From the NCBI GenBank assembly GCA_016741915.1, contig JACVCS010000005.1, forward strand, positions 1,385 through 65,384: a DNA stretch of 64,000 nt, written 5' to 3'. A program made the position numbers and the translations under genes. The notes under the pieces are model-generated. The model made no database searches, was not told the origin of the DNA, and was given only the letters and a program-made list of their open reading frames with translations. Shown here in pieces: positions 32,732 to 44,684 of this stretch. The DNA is from Phycisphaerales bacterium. GTDB taxonomy: Bacteria; Planctomycetota; Phycisphaerae; Phycisphaerales; UBA1924. Within the stretch, counting starts at the first letter, position 1; the number at the start of each line of letters is the position of its first letter.

Positions 32732-35617
32732 TCACTCCGGCGGCGAATGAAATGCTGAGCCGGGATCGAGCTTCGGCAGCTCACTTCGTGCCCAACTGAT
32801 CGCCGAGTTGGCGAAAATCTCTATTTGGTCTTGAGGCGTCTGGATGGGATCGCACTGCGCCAAGCACTTGATCAACTCTGTGCGATCAAACAGACGCTGA
32901 GCGAAACGCTCATCGACCGTTCCTTGCCATACGGAAGTGGAACGGGAGAAGAACTGTATGTTCGATTCCTCTTCTTCATCGATATCGCTCATCCGTCCAT
33001 TCACGATGAATGACGCCAGAATCAATCTGCCTGTCTTCGGTTGGAGTTTCGTAAATGCGAGAATCGAACGGGCGACACCCGGCCACCCTTCGAACGGCTC
33101 GGCGTTCGGAAGTCCGGCTCGGATCCGATCAAGGCCCCAAGACAGGTGGTAAAGATCCCACGGGCGGTGTGGATTCACGGCATGCACAAGCTTCTGCCAT
33201 CCGTGCTCGTTGCCGAAGTTGGCAACGAGAGCTTGTTCAAGCAGCTGTCGAGTGGAACCGTGAGCAACGATACCTTCAGTTGAACCCTTTTCGTGAACGT
33301 GCTCGGCCCGCAACCAGTCGGTGATTTCATCGGCAACAGAGAGGTTCCTTGGAAGGAACTCCAGGAGAAGCGGCTCGAGGACTTTGCGAACTTCAACGGG
33401 ATGGATCTGACCTTCATGAATAACTGTCTGAACATGATTGATCTTGCTGAAGTGATCTCCAACGCTCCATCCCGATTTTGGTAGATCCGCAAGAGCTCGG
33501 ATGTAGGCGGGGAGCAACTCTCGCCATGTTGACCGGATCTTGGCCTGCCCAAACTGGCTCGCAGCAAACTCGAACCGAGAATCGGCCAGTCGAAATGGAA
33601 AGGAAAAACGATCAGACTCAGGCCATGCGGCAATTTCGCCTAACAGCAACTGATCGCTCTCGTCTTTATCGACGGGTGACTGGCTCAAGAATCTTGGCCA
33701 GTAATCTCGAATCCGGGTGCTTGCGAAACCCTGAGGCCAGACCGACCACCAGTGACGATCATACTGAGATACCTGGACGTAGTGGGGGATGAGATAGTGG
33801 GCAAGGCTGCGTACAGCGATCGCCCGATCAACCGGGAGTTTTGCCGCGGTCGCCTCAACTTGCATGGTGCTCTCTTTGGATGGGCTGTGTTGCTCGCCGC
33901 TGGCGCGTCGAGCTTCGCTTCTCAGCCCGCTGAGCTCTCGGTCAAAAATGGCGAAGAACCCCGGCTCGCACTCACGCAGCACAATCGCCGCCAAGGCGTG
34001 ATCGAAATCGATCTCGCCGGGGAGAGTGGTCCACAGTTCGATGACCCGTCGTAGAACAGACTTCAACATTCGAGGTGTTGTAGCCAACACCAGAATCGCT
34101 TCCCATGGTTCCAGCAATCGTTGCGGCGGAGGTGCGAGTACGACCCCTGTGTGCGCTCGGTACTGAGGCGGTACCATCAGTTCGCGATGTGTCCGATCAG
34201 CGGTGTCGATCACAGGTCGGGGGAAGCCGTTCAGGCATGCGCCGCGGACCGTGCTGATGACGTGCCAAGCGCACTGGACTTCTATTCGCGGCATCCGCTC
34301 AACGTATCGTGCAATCTTGCTGTGGTCGAACCGAGAAGTCAGCGAAGTGTCGGCCATCACCAACGAAACGTAGGGACAGCGGTCGAGCAGATGGAGCAAC
34401 GCCCTCACCGGCCCCAGTTTGCCTTCATCGACGGGGTTTGCATCGGTTGTGGCGTCGCCGTCAATGCCACCAAAGCGTTCGAAATCCTCGATCCAGAGTA
34501 CGAAACGCAGCCCGGTGGCTCCGGCAATGCTCGCGAACTTGTCCAGAACATGCTTCGGCTCGGTCTTTCGCGCCATCAAGCCCGCGATCATGTCTGTCCA
34601 CGTCGCCGAGCGTTGAACACTGCTCACGTAATCGTTCGCGATCCCGGTGATGGCCAAGGTATCAACGTGACGTGACAGCTCCGTCGCGAGCGAGTCAAGA
34701 ATCCCGTGCAATGCCGCCTCAGCCGAAGCGAAAGGCCAAAGCGACACGGTGACGACCCGGATATGCGGTTTGGTCCGCAGTTCATGAATGACCAAGTTTC
34801 GGATCGAAGACTTGCCCGATCCTCGTTGCCCAATGAGGGTCGTGGTTTCGCCTTTTTCGTTCTCTGCAAGCCGAGCTGCGATCCGCTTTGCGATGGGGGT
34901 ATGACGGAATGCGTCGTTGATCGGCGTGCGGATCTCGTCGTCCGTCTCGATCCAAGCCCTGACCTTGTCAAACGTGCTGAGATCGTTGACGTACGACCGA
35001 GCCTGTGGAATCGCAGGGGAACGGCCAACAAAGCCGTGACGACGCTGCCATAACCACGTCCAGAGCGCGTTGGCGAACGAAGCGTCGTCGATTCCATCCA
35101 ACCAGTCCCGAAACCACCTTCGCCGTATCGTCCACCGAAAGCTCGCGAAGATGACGAACACCATTGCGATGAGCAGAAATACTCTCTGCGCGTTGTTGGC
35201 ATTGCTCCAAAACTGATTCAGTCCATACACAATGTCGTTTAGATCAGAACGAACCCGCCACGACTCGGGAAAAAAGAAGACCAGAACGAGTCCCATGGCT
35301 GAAGAAACCCAGACAGGCGGATAGAGAGGAAGGTACCGTAGACCAATCACCCCTTCGAGTGGGCGAAGGCCCATGATCAACCAGTAAGCCGGAATCGACG
35401 CGAGAACAAGCCAGAATATGACTGCGTGTTCCCGCCTAGCGAGCCAATCCGAAGCAGGCTCGCAGTACTGCTGCAGGGCTTCACCCGCAAGCATCATCGT
35501 CAGTGCCGCGATGAGCGCGTAGATACTGATCACGCACCAACGAGCGAGTGAGTGCACCAGCAACTGGGGTATGGAGTTCGGACCTACCGGCGTCATTGGC
35601 GATACTCTGGTAAACAT
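32732..35617 (-). CDS. membrane-anchored KAP-like P-loop NTPase (4 N-terminal TM helices)
   Basis: ORF 32732..35734 with the start set at ATG 35615-35617 (35594-35596 is an alternative). TM helices: VISIYALIAALTMMLAG, VIFWLVLASIPAYWLIMGL, YPPVWVSSAMGLVLVFFF, VFLLIAMVFVIFASF. Then DAFRHTPIAKRIAARL, Walker A LIGQRGSGKSS and Walker B RFVLWIEDFERF. The C-terminal region of about 550 aa is helical. Hand-counted samples give about 47-53% G+C. Confidence 0.75.
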   Translation of the reverse strand: MFTRVSPMTPVGPNSIPQLLVHSLARWCVISIYALIAALTMMLAGEALQQYCEPASDWLARREHAVIFWLVLASIPAYWLIMGLRPLEGVIGLRYLPLYPPVWVSSAMGLVLVFFFPESWRVRSDLNDIVYGLNQFWSNANNAQRVFLLIAMVFVIFASFRWTIRRRWFRDWLDGIDDASFANALWTWLWQRRHGFVGRSPAIPQARSYVNDLSTFDKVRAWIETDDEIRTPINDAFRHTPIAKRIAARLAENEKGETTTLIGQRGSGKSSIRNLVIHELRTKPHIRVVTVSLWPFASAEAALHGILDSLATELSRHVDTLAITGIANDYVSSVQRSATWTDMIAGLMARKTEPKHVLDKFASIAGATGLRFVLWIEDFERFGGIDGDATTDANPVDEGKLGPVRALLHLLDRCPYVSLVMADTSLTSRFDHSKIARYVERMPRIEVQCAWHVISTVRGACLNGFPRPVIDTADRTHRELMVPPQYRAHTGVVLAPPPQRLLEPWEAILVLATTPRMLKSVLRRVIELWTTLPGEIDFDHALAAIVLRECEPGFFAIFDRELSGLRSEARRASGEQHSPSKESTMQVEATAAKLPVDRAIAVRSLAHYLIPHYVQVSQYDRHWWSVWPQGFASTRIRDYWPRFLSQSPVDKDESDQLLLGEIAAWPESDRFSFPFRLADSRFEFAASQFGQAKIRSTWRELLPAYIRALADLPKSGWSVGDHFSKINHVQTVIHEGQIHPVEVRKVLEPLLLEFLPRNLSVADEITDWLRAEHVHEKGSTEGIVAHGSTRQLLEQALVANFGNEHGWQKLVHAVNPHRPWDLYHLSWGLDRIRAGLPNAEPFEGWPGVARSILAFTKLQPKTGRLILASFIVNGRMSDIDEEEESNIQFFSRSTSVWQGTVDERFAQRLFDRTELIKCLAQCDPIQTPQDQIEIFANSAISWARSELPKLDPGSAFHSPPE

Positions 35618-36050
35618 GACCCCTCTGACTTGGCAGTGTACTCCGATCAACGACCGAGTGAACAGCGGTACAGTTGTCGGGCTCTCAAGATAAAGACACC
35701 CCGATATCGATTTCAACGCGGGAACCTTCCACAATACCCCGCCAGACTACGTGTGTGTGTCGATATCATCCGTTCGGACGCGCAATAAACTCCTGGCTCC
35801 CCCTGCTCATGGGTGGCATCTTTCAGAATCTTGCGCGCCGCAAGCGGCAGATCCGGCGTTCTTCGCCGGATTCTCCGCGGGTGTGGCGTCCATTCTCGCA
35901 CATGTCACAATCATCAATAAAAAAATCACGTCCAACTCAAGTGTGATGACGACTCTTCCGAACTCATCTTGACTCCCGCGCGTTGTTGCGTGGGGTCAAC
36001 ATCACATGGCCCGGGCCTTCCGTTTCGCCTCGGGCTTCGGAGGTCTTATT

Positions 36051-36749
36051 ATGTCCACCCTGCCCGACAAACGCGAGGAACTTATCACTTGGTGCCAGGC
36101 CCACGCTCCCGTCTGGGAGAGCAACCCCGCCTCCATCGGCCTGACCGTCGCCCAGGCCAACGCCTTTATCGACCTGACCGAAGAGGCCCAAACCGCGCTT
36201 TTGAACCAGGAAAAGGCCAAGCAAGCCGCACTGAGCGCCACCAACTCGGCGCAGGAGACCATCGGCGATCTGCGCTCCATGGCCGGGGAGTTTTTGCGCA
36301 CCATCCGCGCTTTCGCCGCCACGACCAACAACCCGCAGGTCTTCATCAACGCCCAGATCCCGCCCACCGCCGCCCCCTCGCCCGTCGGGCCCCCCGGCAC
36401 CCCCGACAACTTCAAAATCGCCCTCGACACGCAAGGGGCTATCACCTTACGTTGGAAATGCCAGAACCCGGGCGCGGCCAGCGGCACTTCGTACATCGTC
36501 CGCCGCCGGTTCGGTTCCAGCGGCGAGTTCCTCTTCGTCGGCGTGGCGAACAAAAAGACCTTCACCGATTCGACGATCTCCGGCAACGTCTCGCAGGTGC
36601 AGTACACCGTGCAGGCCGTGCGCTCGGACCAGAGCGGCCCGCTGAGCCAGACCGTCGTGGTCCGCTTCGGCTCGGGCGGCGCCGGCGGCGGGCAGATCCT
36701 CAGCGTCACCAGCGGCGAGCCCGGCGACAACGTCAAGCTCGCGGCGTGA
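36051..36749 (+). CDS. hypothetical protein with C-terminal fibronectin type III-like domain
   Basis: Start set at ATG 36051 (MSTLPDKREELITW). The N-terminal ~120 aa are helical. After PPGTPDNF comes IALDTQGAITLRWKCQNPGAASGTSYIVRRRF...FTDSTISGNVSQVQYTVQAVRSDQSGPLS (FN3 W/Y/L pattern). No signal peptide. Confidence 0.6.
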   Translation: MSTLPDKREELITWCQAHAPVWESNPASIGLTVAQANAFIDLTEEAQTALLNQEKAKQAALSATNSAQETIGDLRSMAGEFLRTIRAFAATTNNPQVFINAQIPPTAAPSPVGPPGTPDNFKIALDTQGAITLRWKCQNPGAASGTSYIVRRRFGSSGEFLFVGVANKKTFTDSTISGNVSQVQYTVQAVRSDQSGPLSQTVVVRFGSGGAGGGQILSVTSGEPGDNVKLAA

Positions 36750-36845
36750 GACGGGAAGGGCCGAGGGTTCAGGGCCGAGGGCCGAGTGGGTGTATTCAAC
36801 GCCCGGTTGCCCGGCGGCCACGGACGCATGAAGCATCACCGCACC

Positions 36846-36876
36846 AAGCCCCGGTCATCACCGGGGCTTTTTGTTT
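36846..36876 (+). terminator. rho-independent terminator after the FN3 gene
   Basis: AAGCCCCGG (36846-54), loop tcatca, CCGGGGCTT (36861-69), then TTTTGTTT. Confidence 0.7.
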
Positions 36877-36944
36877 CCGGCCAGCGGCGGGGGTGCGTGC
36901 GTCGGTGATGAACCGTTGTTGACGGTTTGTTATACTGCCGATCT

Positions 36945-38156
36945 ATGGAAGCGAAGCAGAGTTCCAACGACCCCACCCCGCTGCTCGACGCGCTCGTCAC
37001 CGACGACGACCTGCAGCGCTTGGAAGACCGGCTCGGCGCCTTCAACGTCTTTGAGGCCCTCGGCGTTGTCCGCGCCGAGGTTCGGCACAGCAATTTTCTG
37101 GCGTGGCTGCTCGACCCGATGGAATCGCACGGCCGCGGCGATCTGTTCCTTAAGGCCGTGCTCATGGACATGCTCAAGAACGCACCGGCGGACCTGCGCC
37201 CGCTCTCGGCGGCCCACCTCGACGGGGCCGACCTTGACAGCGCCGAAGTCCGCCGCGAGTGGCGGCGCATCGACCTCTTGGTTATCTGCAAGGAACAGAA
37301 CTTTGCGGTGATCATCGAGAACAAGGTCGACAGCGGCGAGCACTCCAGCCAGCTCGAACGCTACGAGCAGATCGCCCGCACCGAGCTGCCGGGCATGCGG
37401 CATTTTTTCGTCTTTTTGACCCCCGACGGCGACGCGGCCAGCGACAAGGACTGGGTGGCGTACTCGTACGCGCAGCTCCACGGCGTGCTCCGCCGCGTGC
37501 GCGACCACGCCGAGCAATCTTTCGGACCAGATGTGAAGATCTTCCTGGATCATTACCTCTCGCTTGTGAGCAACCACATGATGAACGACGAAGAGATCGA
37601 CGAGCTGTGCAGGCGTATCTACAAGCGTCACCAGGAAGCGATCGACCTTGTTGTCGAACGCGCGATGGGCGAAAGCCCGATCCAGGCGGCCTTGCATGAT
37701 CTGGTGGCGGCCCAGAGCGATCGTTGGGTGATTACCAAACGCAACAAAACTGAGGTGCGGTTCGTGCCAAAGCCGTGGTACGACGTACTTCCCCCGGTGC
37801 GTGAGGCGTACAAGGATCACCGCAGCGGCTGGATCGCCTGCTACCTCTGGTGCAAGGACGGGTACCTGGAGTTCTCGGTGTGGATCCTGAAAACATCGAA
37901 CCCCGAGGTGCAGGAACGCGTGGCGAAGCGCCTGTTGCAATCGCCCGACGAGTTCGGGTTCGCCCTCAAACGCCGCAGGCAGATCGTCGGCACTCAGGCG
38001 TTGCAGCTTGTCAGCAAAGCCATCGACGACTGGGGCGAGCACGGCGAGCCGGACGAGGACTCGGTGATCGAAAAGACCAAACGCGAGCTCGACGCGCTCT
38101 GGTCACGCGTGCCGGCGGTGACGGAGGCGATTCGGAGTGTTCTGGCCACTGGCTGA
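36945..38156 (+). CDS. PD-(D/E)XK nuclease superfamily protein
   Basis: Start ATG 36945 (MEAKQSSND). N-terminal FNVFEALGVVRAEVRHSNFLAWLLDP...HGRGDLFLKAVL, then the core RIDLLVICKEQNFAVIIENKVDSGEHSSQLERY (D...E-x-K). This pattern is typical of the 'PD-(D/E)XK nuclease family protein' group (PDDEXK-type Pfam families). Confidence 0.75.
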   Translation: MEAKQSSNDPTPLLDALVTDDDLQRLEDRLGAFNVFEALGVVRAEVRHSNFLAWLLDPMESHGRGDLFLKAVLMDMLKNAPADLRPLSAAHLDGADLDSAEVRREWRRIDLLVICKEQNFAVIIENKVDSGEHSSQLERYEQIARTELPGMRHFFVFLTPDGDAASDKDWVAYSYAQLHGVLRRVRDHAEQSFGPDVKIFLDHYLSLVSNHMMNDEEIDELCRRIYKRHQEAIDLVVERAMGESPIQAALHDLVAAQSDRWVITKRNKTEVRFVPKPWYDVLPPVREAYKDHRSGWIACYLWCKDGYLEFSVWILKTSNPEVQERVAKRLLQSPDEFGFALKRRRQIVGTQALQLVSKAIDDWGEHGEPDEDSVIEKTKRELDALWSRVPAVTEAIRSVLATG

Positions 38157-38195
38157 ACGCCCGCTCGGCGCGAATGAACGAAGCACAACGAAAAG

Positions 38196-38225
38196 AGCCC
38201 CGGGCTGACCCGGGGCTTCTTTCTT
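38196..38225 (+). terminator. hairpin terminator between the convergent nuclease gene and atpD
   Basis: AGCCCCGG, loop gctgac, CCGGGGCT, then TCTTTCTT. The A-run upstream (38191-38194) could serve the minus-strand atpD as well. Confidence 0.6.
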
Positions 38226-38287
38226 GCGATCGTTGTTTGCGGCTTTGGTGCTTTGCCCTTTGCTGTTTTCAGGGCGAAGCCCGCCAC

Positions 38288-41171
<2,884 letters not shown>

Positions 41172-41258
41172 GCGGTTGATCTTTCGAACAGCGTTTCCCA
41201 GGGTTCCTGATCCAACCCATCTTCACAGCCAAACCGCCGCCGCACGGAGGAACGCCTC

Positions 41259-42407
41259 ATGCCCGCACTGACTTCACCCGCCCGCACGATGAACCGCGTG
41301 GCGTTGTTGTCCATCGCCCTGTCACTTGTTCTGGCCGCCGGCACCTCGGCCCAAACCGTCCCCCCCAGCGCGCCGACCAAGCCCTCCGAGCCGCTGACCA
41401 AGCTGCCCACGCCACCTTCGCCGCCCTCGGCACCAAAGGACCCGCAGAATCCGAAGGGCGAAGGATTCAACACCGCGGTGATCGAACCCGGTGCCGAGCC
41501 GCGCCGCGTCGTGAAGTTCCAAACCAAGCCGGGCGTCGCCGGCCGTTGGAAGCTCTCGCAGAGCGCGAAGATCACCCAGATCGTCCCCGCGATGCCGCCG
41601 ACAGAGAACCCGGAGATGACCGTTTCGATCTTCGCCGAGGGCATCCCCGCCGACCGCAACGGCGACCAGACCCTGATGCTCAGCTTCGACAACGCGCAGA
41701 TGAGCAAGAACGACCAGCTCGACGCGCAGGCGAAGATGCTCACCGAGGCACTGCTCCGCTCGGTCAACGGCTTGAAGGCCGAGATGGTCAGCGTCGAATC
41801 CGGGCGCGTGCGCCGAACCCGCATGCTCAACCCCGAGAAGGCCGGCGGCATGGGCGCCAGCATGGTGGGGGGGCTGGAGGAAATCCTCACCCAGTTCAGC
41901 GCTCGCTTCCCCGAGGTACCCGTGGGCGTCGGCTCAAAGTGGTTCGTCGTCGGTGAGAGCGTCACCGCGCTCGCAGTGGTCAAGACCGACATCATGGCCG
42001 AGTACGAGCTGACCAAACTCACCGACGATTCCGCGACGCTCAAGGTCAAAATCGAGGGCTTCGCACCCGCACAAGACCTGCCCGGTCAGCCCGGCCCCGA
42101 CGGCAAGCCCGCCCGAATCGAAAGCCAAACCATCTCCGCCACCGGCGAGCTCGAAGTCAGTTTCTCCCGCGCGCTCGCAACCCGCGGCCAGATCGAAGAA
42201 ACCCTCGACCTCGCCATGACCAGCGCCGGCCAGTCGATCGTTCAGCGCGTCGTCACCACACGCAAGCTCGACCAAGCCCCCGAACCCGCCCCCGTTCCAG
42301 CCCCGGCCACACCCGCGACCACCGCCGCGCCCTCAAGCCCACCATCTCAGCCAACACAGCCGCCGCAGCCAAGCACCAAGCCCGAGAACCCACCCCAGCA
42401 GCCCTGA
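41259..42407 (+). CDS. secreted hypothetical protein with Pro-rich termini
   Basis: ATG 41259 is preceded by GGAGG (41247-51). Signal peptide [21 protein letters not shown]. Pro-rich stretches occur at both ends ([21 protein letters not shown]; [10 protein letters not shown]...[15 protein letters not shown]). Confidence 0.65.
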   Translation: MPALTSPARTMNRVALLSIALSLVLAAGTSAQTVPPSAPTKPSEPLTKLPTPPSPPSAPKDPQNPKGEGFNTAVIEPGAEPRRVVKFQTKPGVAGRWKLSQSAKITQIVPAMPPTENPEMTVSIFAEGIPADRNGDQTLMLSFDNAQMSKNDQLDAQAKMLTEALLRSVNGLKAEMVSVESGRVRRTRMLNPEKAGGMGASMVGGLEEILTQFSARFPEVPVGVGSKWFVVGESVTALAVVKTDIMAEYELTKLTDDSATLKVKIEGFAPAQDLPGQPGPDGKPARIESQTISATGELEVSFSRALATRGQIEETLDLAMTSAGQSIVQRVVTTRKLDQAPEPAPVPAPATPATTAAPSSPPSQPTQPPQPSTKPENPPQQP

Positions 42408-42560
42408 CCGGCTCAAGAAGGGCCCCCGACCCGCACCGCAGCCCAACCCAACCGTTTCGCTTCCAAGCATGACAACGCCAATCCGCAAGCGAATCGCGAC
42501 AGTGACACAAGCCCGCCACGGGGTTGACCGATGCCGGACCCCGGCTATTCTTGTTCGTCC

Positions 42561-42633
42561 GGGTAGGTAGCTCAGTTGGTAGAGCACCGCATTGAAAATG
42601 CGGGTGTCGCCGGTTCAAGTCCGGCCCTGCCCA
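42561..42633 (+). tRNA. tRNA-Phe (GAA)
   Basis: Cloverleaf folded by hand. Acceptor GGGTAGG pairs with CCTGCCC. D-arm is GCTCAGTTGGTAGAGC. The anticodon loop is tTGAAAa, giving GAA. T-arm is GCCGG-TTCAAGT-CCGGC. The discriminator is A. No CCA is encoded. Confidence 0.9.
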
Positions 42634-43861
42634 CTTGGCCCGATTCTCTGGTAACGCACTCGGGCGCATCGACCCGCAAACCCCGCTGGAAACGCGGGGT
42701 TTTGCTTTTTGCAGGTTCTTCGGTGCCCTTCGATTCGCCCCCATGCCGCGGCGTATTTCCCGTCACGCCGCCCGTGGCGCGGGTCCAATCGGCATCGGTG
42801 ACTTGCAGGTAATGCCCCGCCGCGATCGCCTTCGTGTTGCCGATCCACGCACAAACCGTGTGCAGCGGGAACGTCGCCGCCAGTTCGGTTTGCCGACTTG
42901 CCCGCAGGTTGTGCCACGTCCGATCCCACGGCGTCAGCCCCGCTCGCTTGATGATCCGCCGGAAATGCGGATTCAGGTTTGCGCCTTCCCGATACCGCCC
43001 GATCACAAACACCGCGCCTTCGGGTGCGGCATCAAACACCGCTTGCAGGTGCTCTCGAATCTCAGGGAACAGCGGGATGATCCGCTCCCCCTTGCCTTCG
43101 TGGTGTTCGGTCTTGGGGCTTCGCACCGTCAGCCGGTTGTGTTCCCAATCCACGTCCGACCACCGCAGGGCAAGGGCTTCGCTCGGAACGCGCAGCCCGC
43201 CGAACCGGGACAATGCAATCAACAGCCGCCATTCGGCATCGGGTGCCGCATCGATCACCTTGGCGATCGACTCCCGCGACACGAACACCGCGCGGGCGTG
43301 GTTCACTTGCGCACCCGCCTTCAACTCCGCGAACGGGTTGGCGCTCGCCATGCCGCGACGCATCGCCCAGCGCCACACTTGACGGGCGTACAGAACCGTC
43401 CGGCTGATCGTCGCGGGCGCATACCCCGCGTTGATGAGACTCGCCCGCCATTCGTCCGCGTCGGCTTCCCCGATCGTCGCCACATTGCGGGCTTCAGTGA
43501 AGTGTTCCACCAGCGCCGCCTCAACTTGTTTCATCCGTATCAACGTGGCGGGCTTCACATTCACGCCAGCGAAGAACGCCGCGAGAAGCGTGCCGACGGT
43601 CGAGTCGGTGCGGGCGCGTGCGGGCACCAGCCCGATCCGGGCCAACTTCGCGTGCAGGTCATCGGGAACGGTGCGGACCCATTCACCCGTGGCGGGTGAG
43701 AGAAGCCCGGACACCGACGCGCCTGCCAGGTTCTCGATATGGCCCTTGATCGCGTCGGCTTGCTTCGGCTGAAGCTTGCCGATGCGGATGGTGCGGCGCT
43801 TGCCGCCGAACGCCATCTCAACCCGGAACCGTCCGCCGCCGTCGTGGATGAGGCTCGCCAT
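42572..43861 (-). CDS. tyrosine-type site-specific integrase
   Basis: 429 aa. SAM-like N-domain. Catalytic region RFGGLRVPSEALALRWSDVD...HNLRASRQTELA...VCAWIGNTKAIAAGHYL (R...HxxR...H...Y). The last ~20 codons (GLEPATPAFSMRCSTN) are the antisense of tRNA-Phe. Confidence 0.9.
   Translation of the reverse strand: MASLIHDGGGRFRVEMAFGGKRRTIRIGKLQPKQADAIKGHIENLAGASVSGLLSPATGEWVRTVPDDLHAKLARIGLVPARARTDSTVGTLLAAFFAGVNVKPATLIRMKQVEAALVEHFTEARNVATIGEADADEWRASLINAGYAPATISRTVLYARQVWRWAMRRGMASANPFAELKAGAQVNHARAVFVSRESIAKVIDAAPDAEWRLLIALSRFGGLRVPSEALALRWSDVDWEHNRLTVRSPKTEHHEGKGERIIPLFPEIREHLQAVFDAAPEGAVFVIGRYREGANLNPHFRRIIKRAGLTPWDRTWHNLRASRQTELAATFPLHTVCAWIGNTKAIAAGHYLQVTDADWTRATGGVTGNTPRHGGESKGTEEPAKSKTPRFQRGLRVDAPECVTRESGQVGRAGLEPATPAFSMRCSTN
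42614..42630 (+). repeat. attL core (inside tRNA-Phe T-arm/acceptor)
   Basis: TTCAAGTCCGGCCCTGC, identical to 51807-51823. Confidence 0.85.
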
Positions 43862-43864
43862 GCG

Positions 43865-44560
43865 TCACGCTCCCCCGCGCTTGGGCGCGGTCTTCGTGGT
43901 GGTGCGGGTCTTCTGTTCCGCGGGCACGAGCCGAAGTTTCAAATCAAGAGCCTTCGCCAGCTTCACCGTCGATTCGACGCTGAGGGCCGATTGCTCATTT
44001 GCGAATCTGCTGAGAGCGCCCTGATCGAGCCCGGTGAGAAGCGAGATCTGGTATCGCGACAGCCGCGAGGACATCATCGCCTTTCGGAGTTGCTTGAGGA
44101 TATCGGCCATGAAGTAATCGTACAGAGTTACTTGCTCGCTGTCAAGCAATGCAGCAAGGTGCGGGCGATCGGTGGATAAGTCGTCGAGTTCTCGCGCCCT
44201 GACCGATTCGGGAATCCACTGATGATCTTCGCCGAGTGGTGGTTCTTCGCGGGTCGTTGGGAACCGTCCCCGAGGGAAACGCCACTTGACTACCGGACCG
44301 TCGGAGAACTGATGGAGTGCCAGCGCCGCCGCCGGCCAGTGGGGGGCGATTAGATCAGTGGCTTCGCGAACACCCGCTGCGAAGCCTCGCCGAAAGGCTT
44401 GCTCGGGCCGCACGTCGATGGTGCGGGCCTTCTTCGCGGCGCGTCGACGTCGCCAGCCATAGATCACGTGAACCACCGAGTCGGGTGGGCTTGTCGTCGC
44501 CCCCTCGCCGGAGGTTGGCGCTGCGGGCACGGTGTTCGGTGTTTGGTTTCCTTCTTTCAC
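43865..44560 (-). CDS. XRE-family helix-turn-helix regulator (start uncertain)
   Basis: C-terminal HTH: LRKAMMSSRLSRYQISLLTGLDQGALSRFANEQSALSVESTVKLAKAL. Its stop is 3 nt from the integrase start. Possible starts are GTG 44560, GTG 44476 or ATG 44110 (the last gives an 81-aa HTH-only version). The longest ORF start (44695) lies in the AT-rich repeat region and overlaps the primase gene. Confidence 0.55.
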   Translation of the reverse strand: MKEGNQTPNTVPAAPTSGEGATTSPPDSVVHVIYGWRRRRAAKKARTIDVRPEQAFRRGFAAGVREATDLIAPHWPAAALALHQFSDGPVVKWRFPRGRFPTTREEPPLGEDHQWIPESVRARELDDLSTDRPHLAALLDSEQVTLYDYFMADILKQLRKAMMSSRLSRYQISLLTGLDQGALSRFANEQSALSVESTVKLAKALDLKLRLVPAEQKTRTTTKTAPKRGGA

Positions 44561-44684
44561 TTCTTTCCACCCCCCTCGCGCGGACGCGAGCAAAGAAAAA
44601 CAGAGACTTGTGAGGGGGGGGAGGGAAAGAAGGAAAGAAGTTGAAAAGTGTGTGTTTTCTCTCTTGTTTTCTGCAAAACTTCTT

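Noticed and set aside
41259-42407. Possible divergent sucD downstream of sucC
   Set aside because: The protein has a signal peptide and Pro-rich termini, and it lacks the CoA-binding Rossmann motif and the phosphohistidine loop of SucD.
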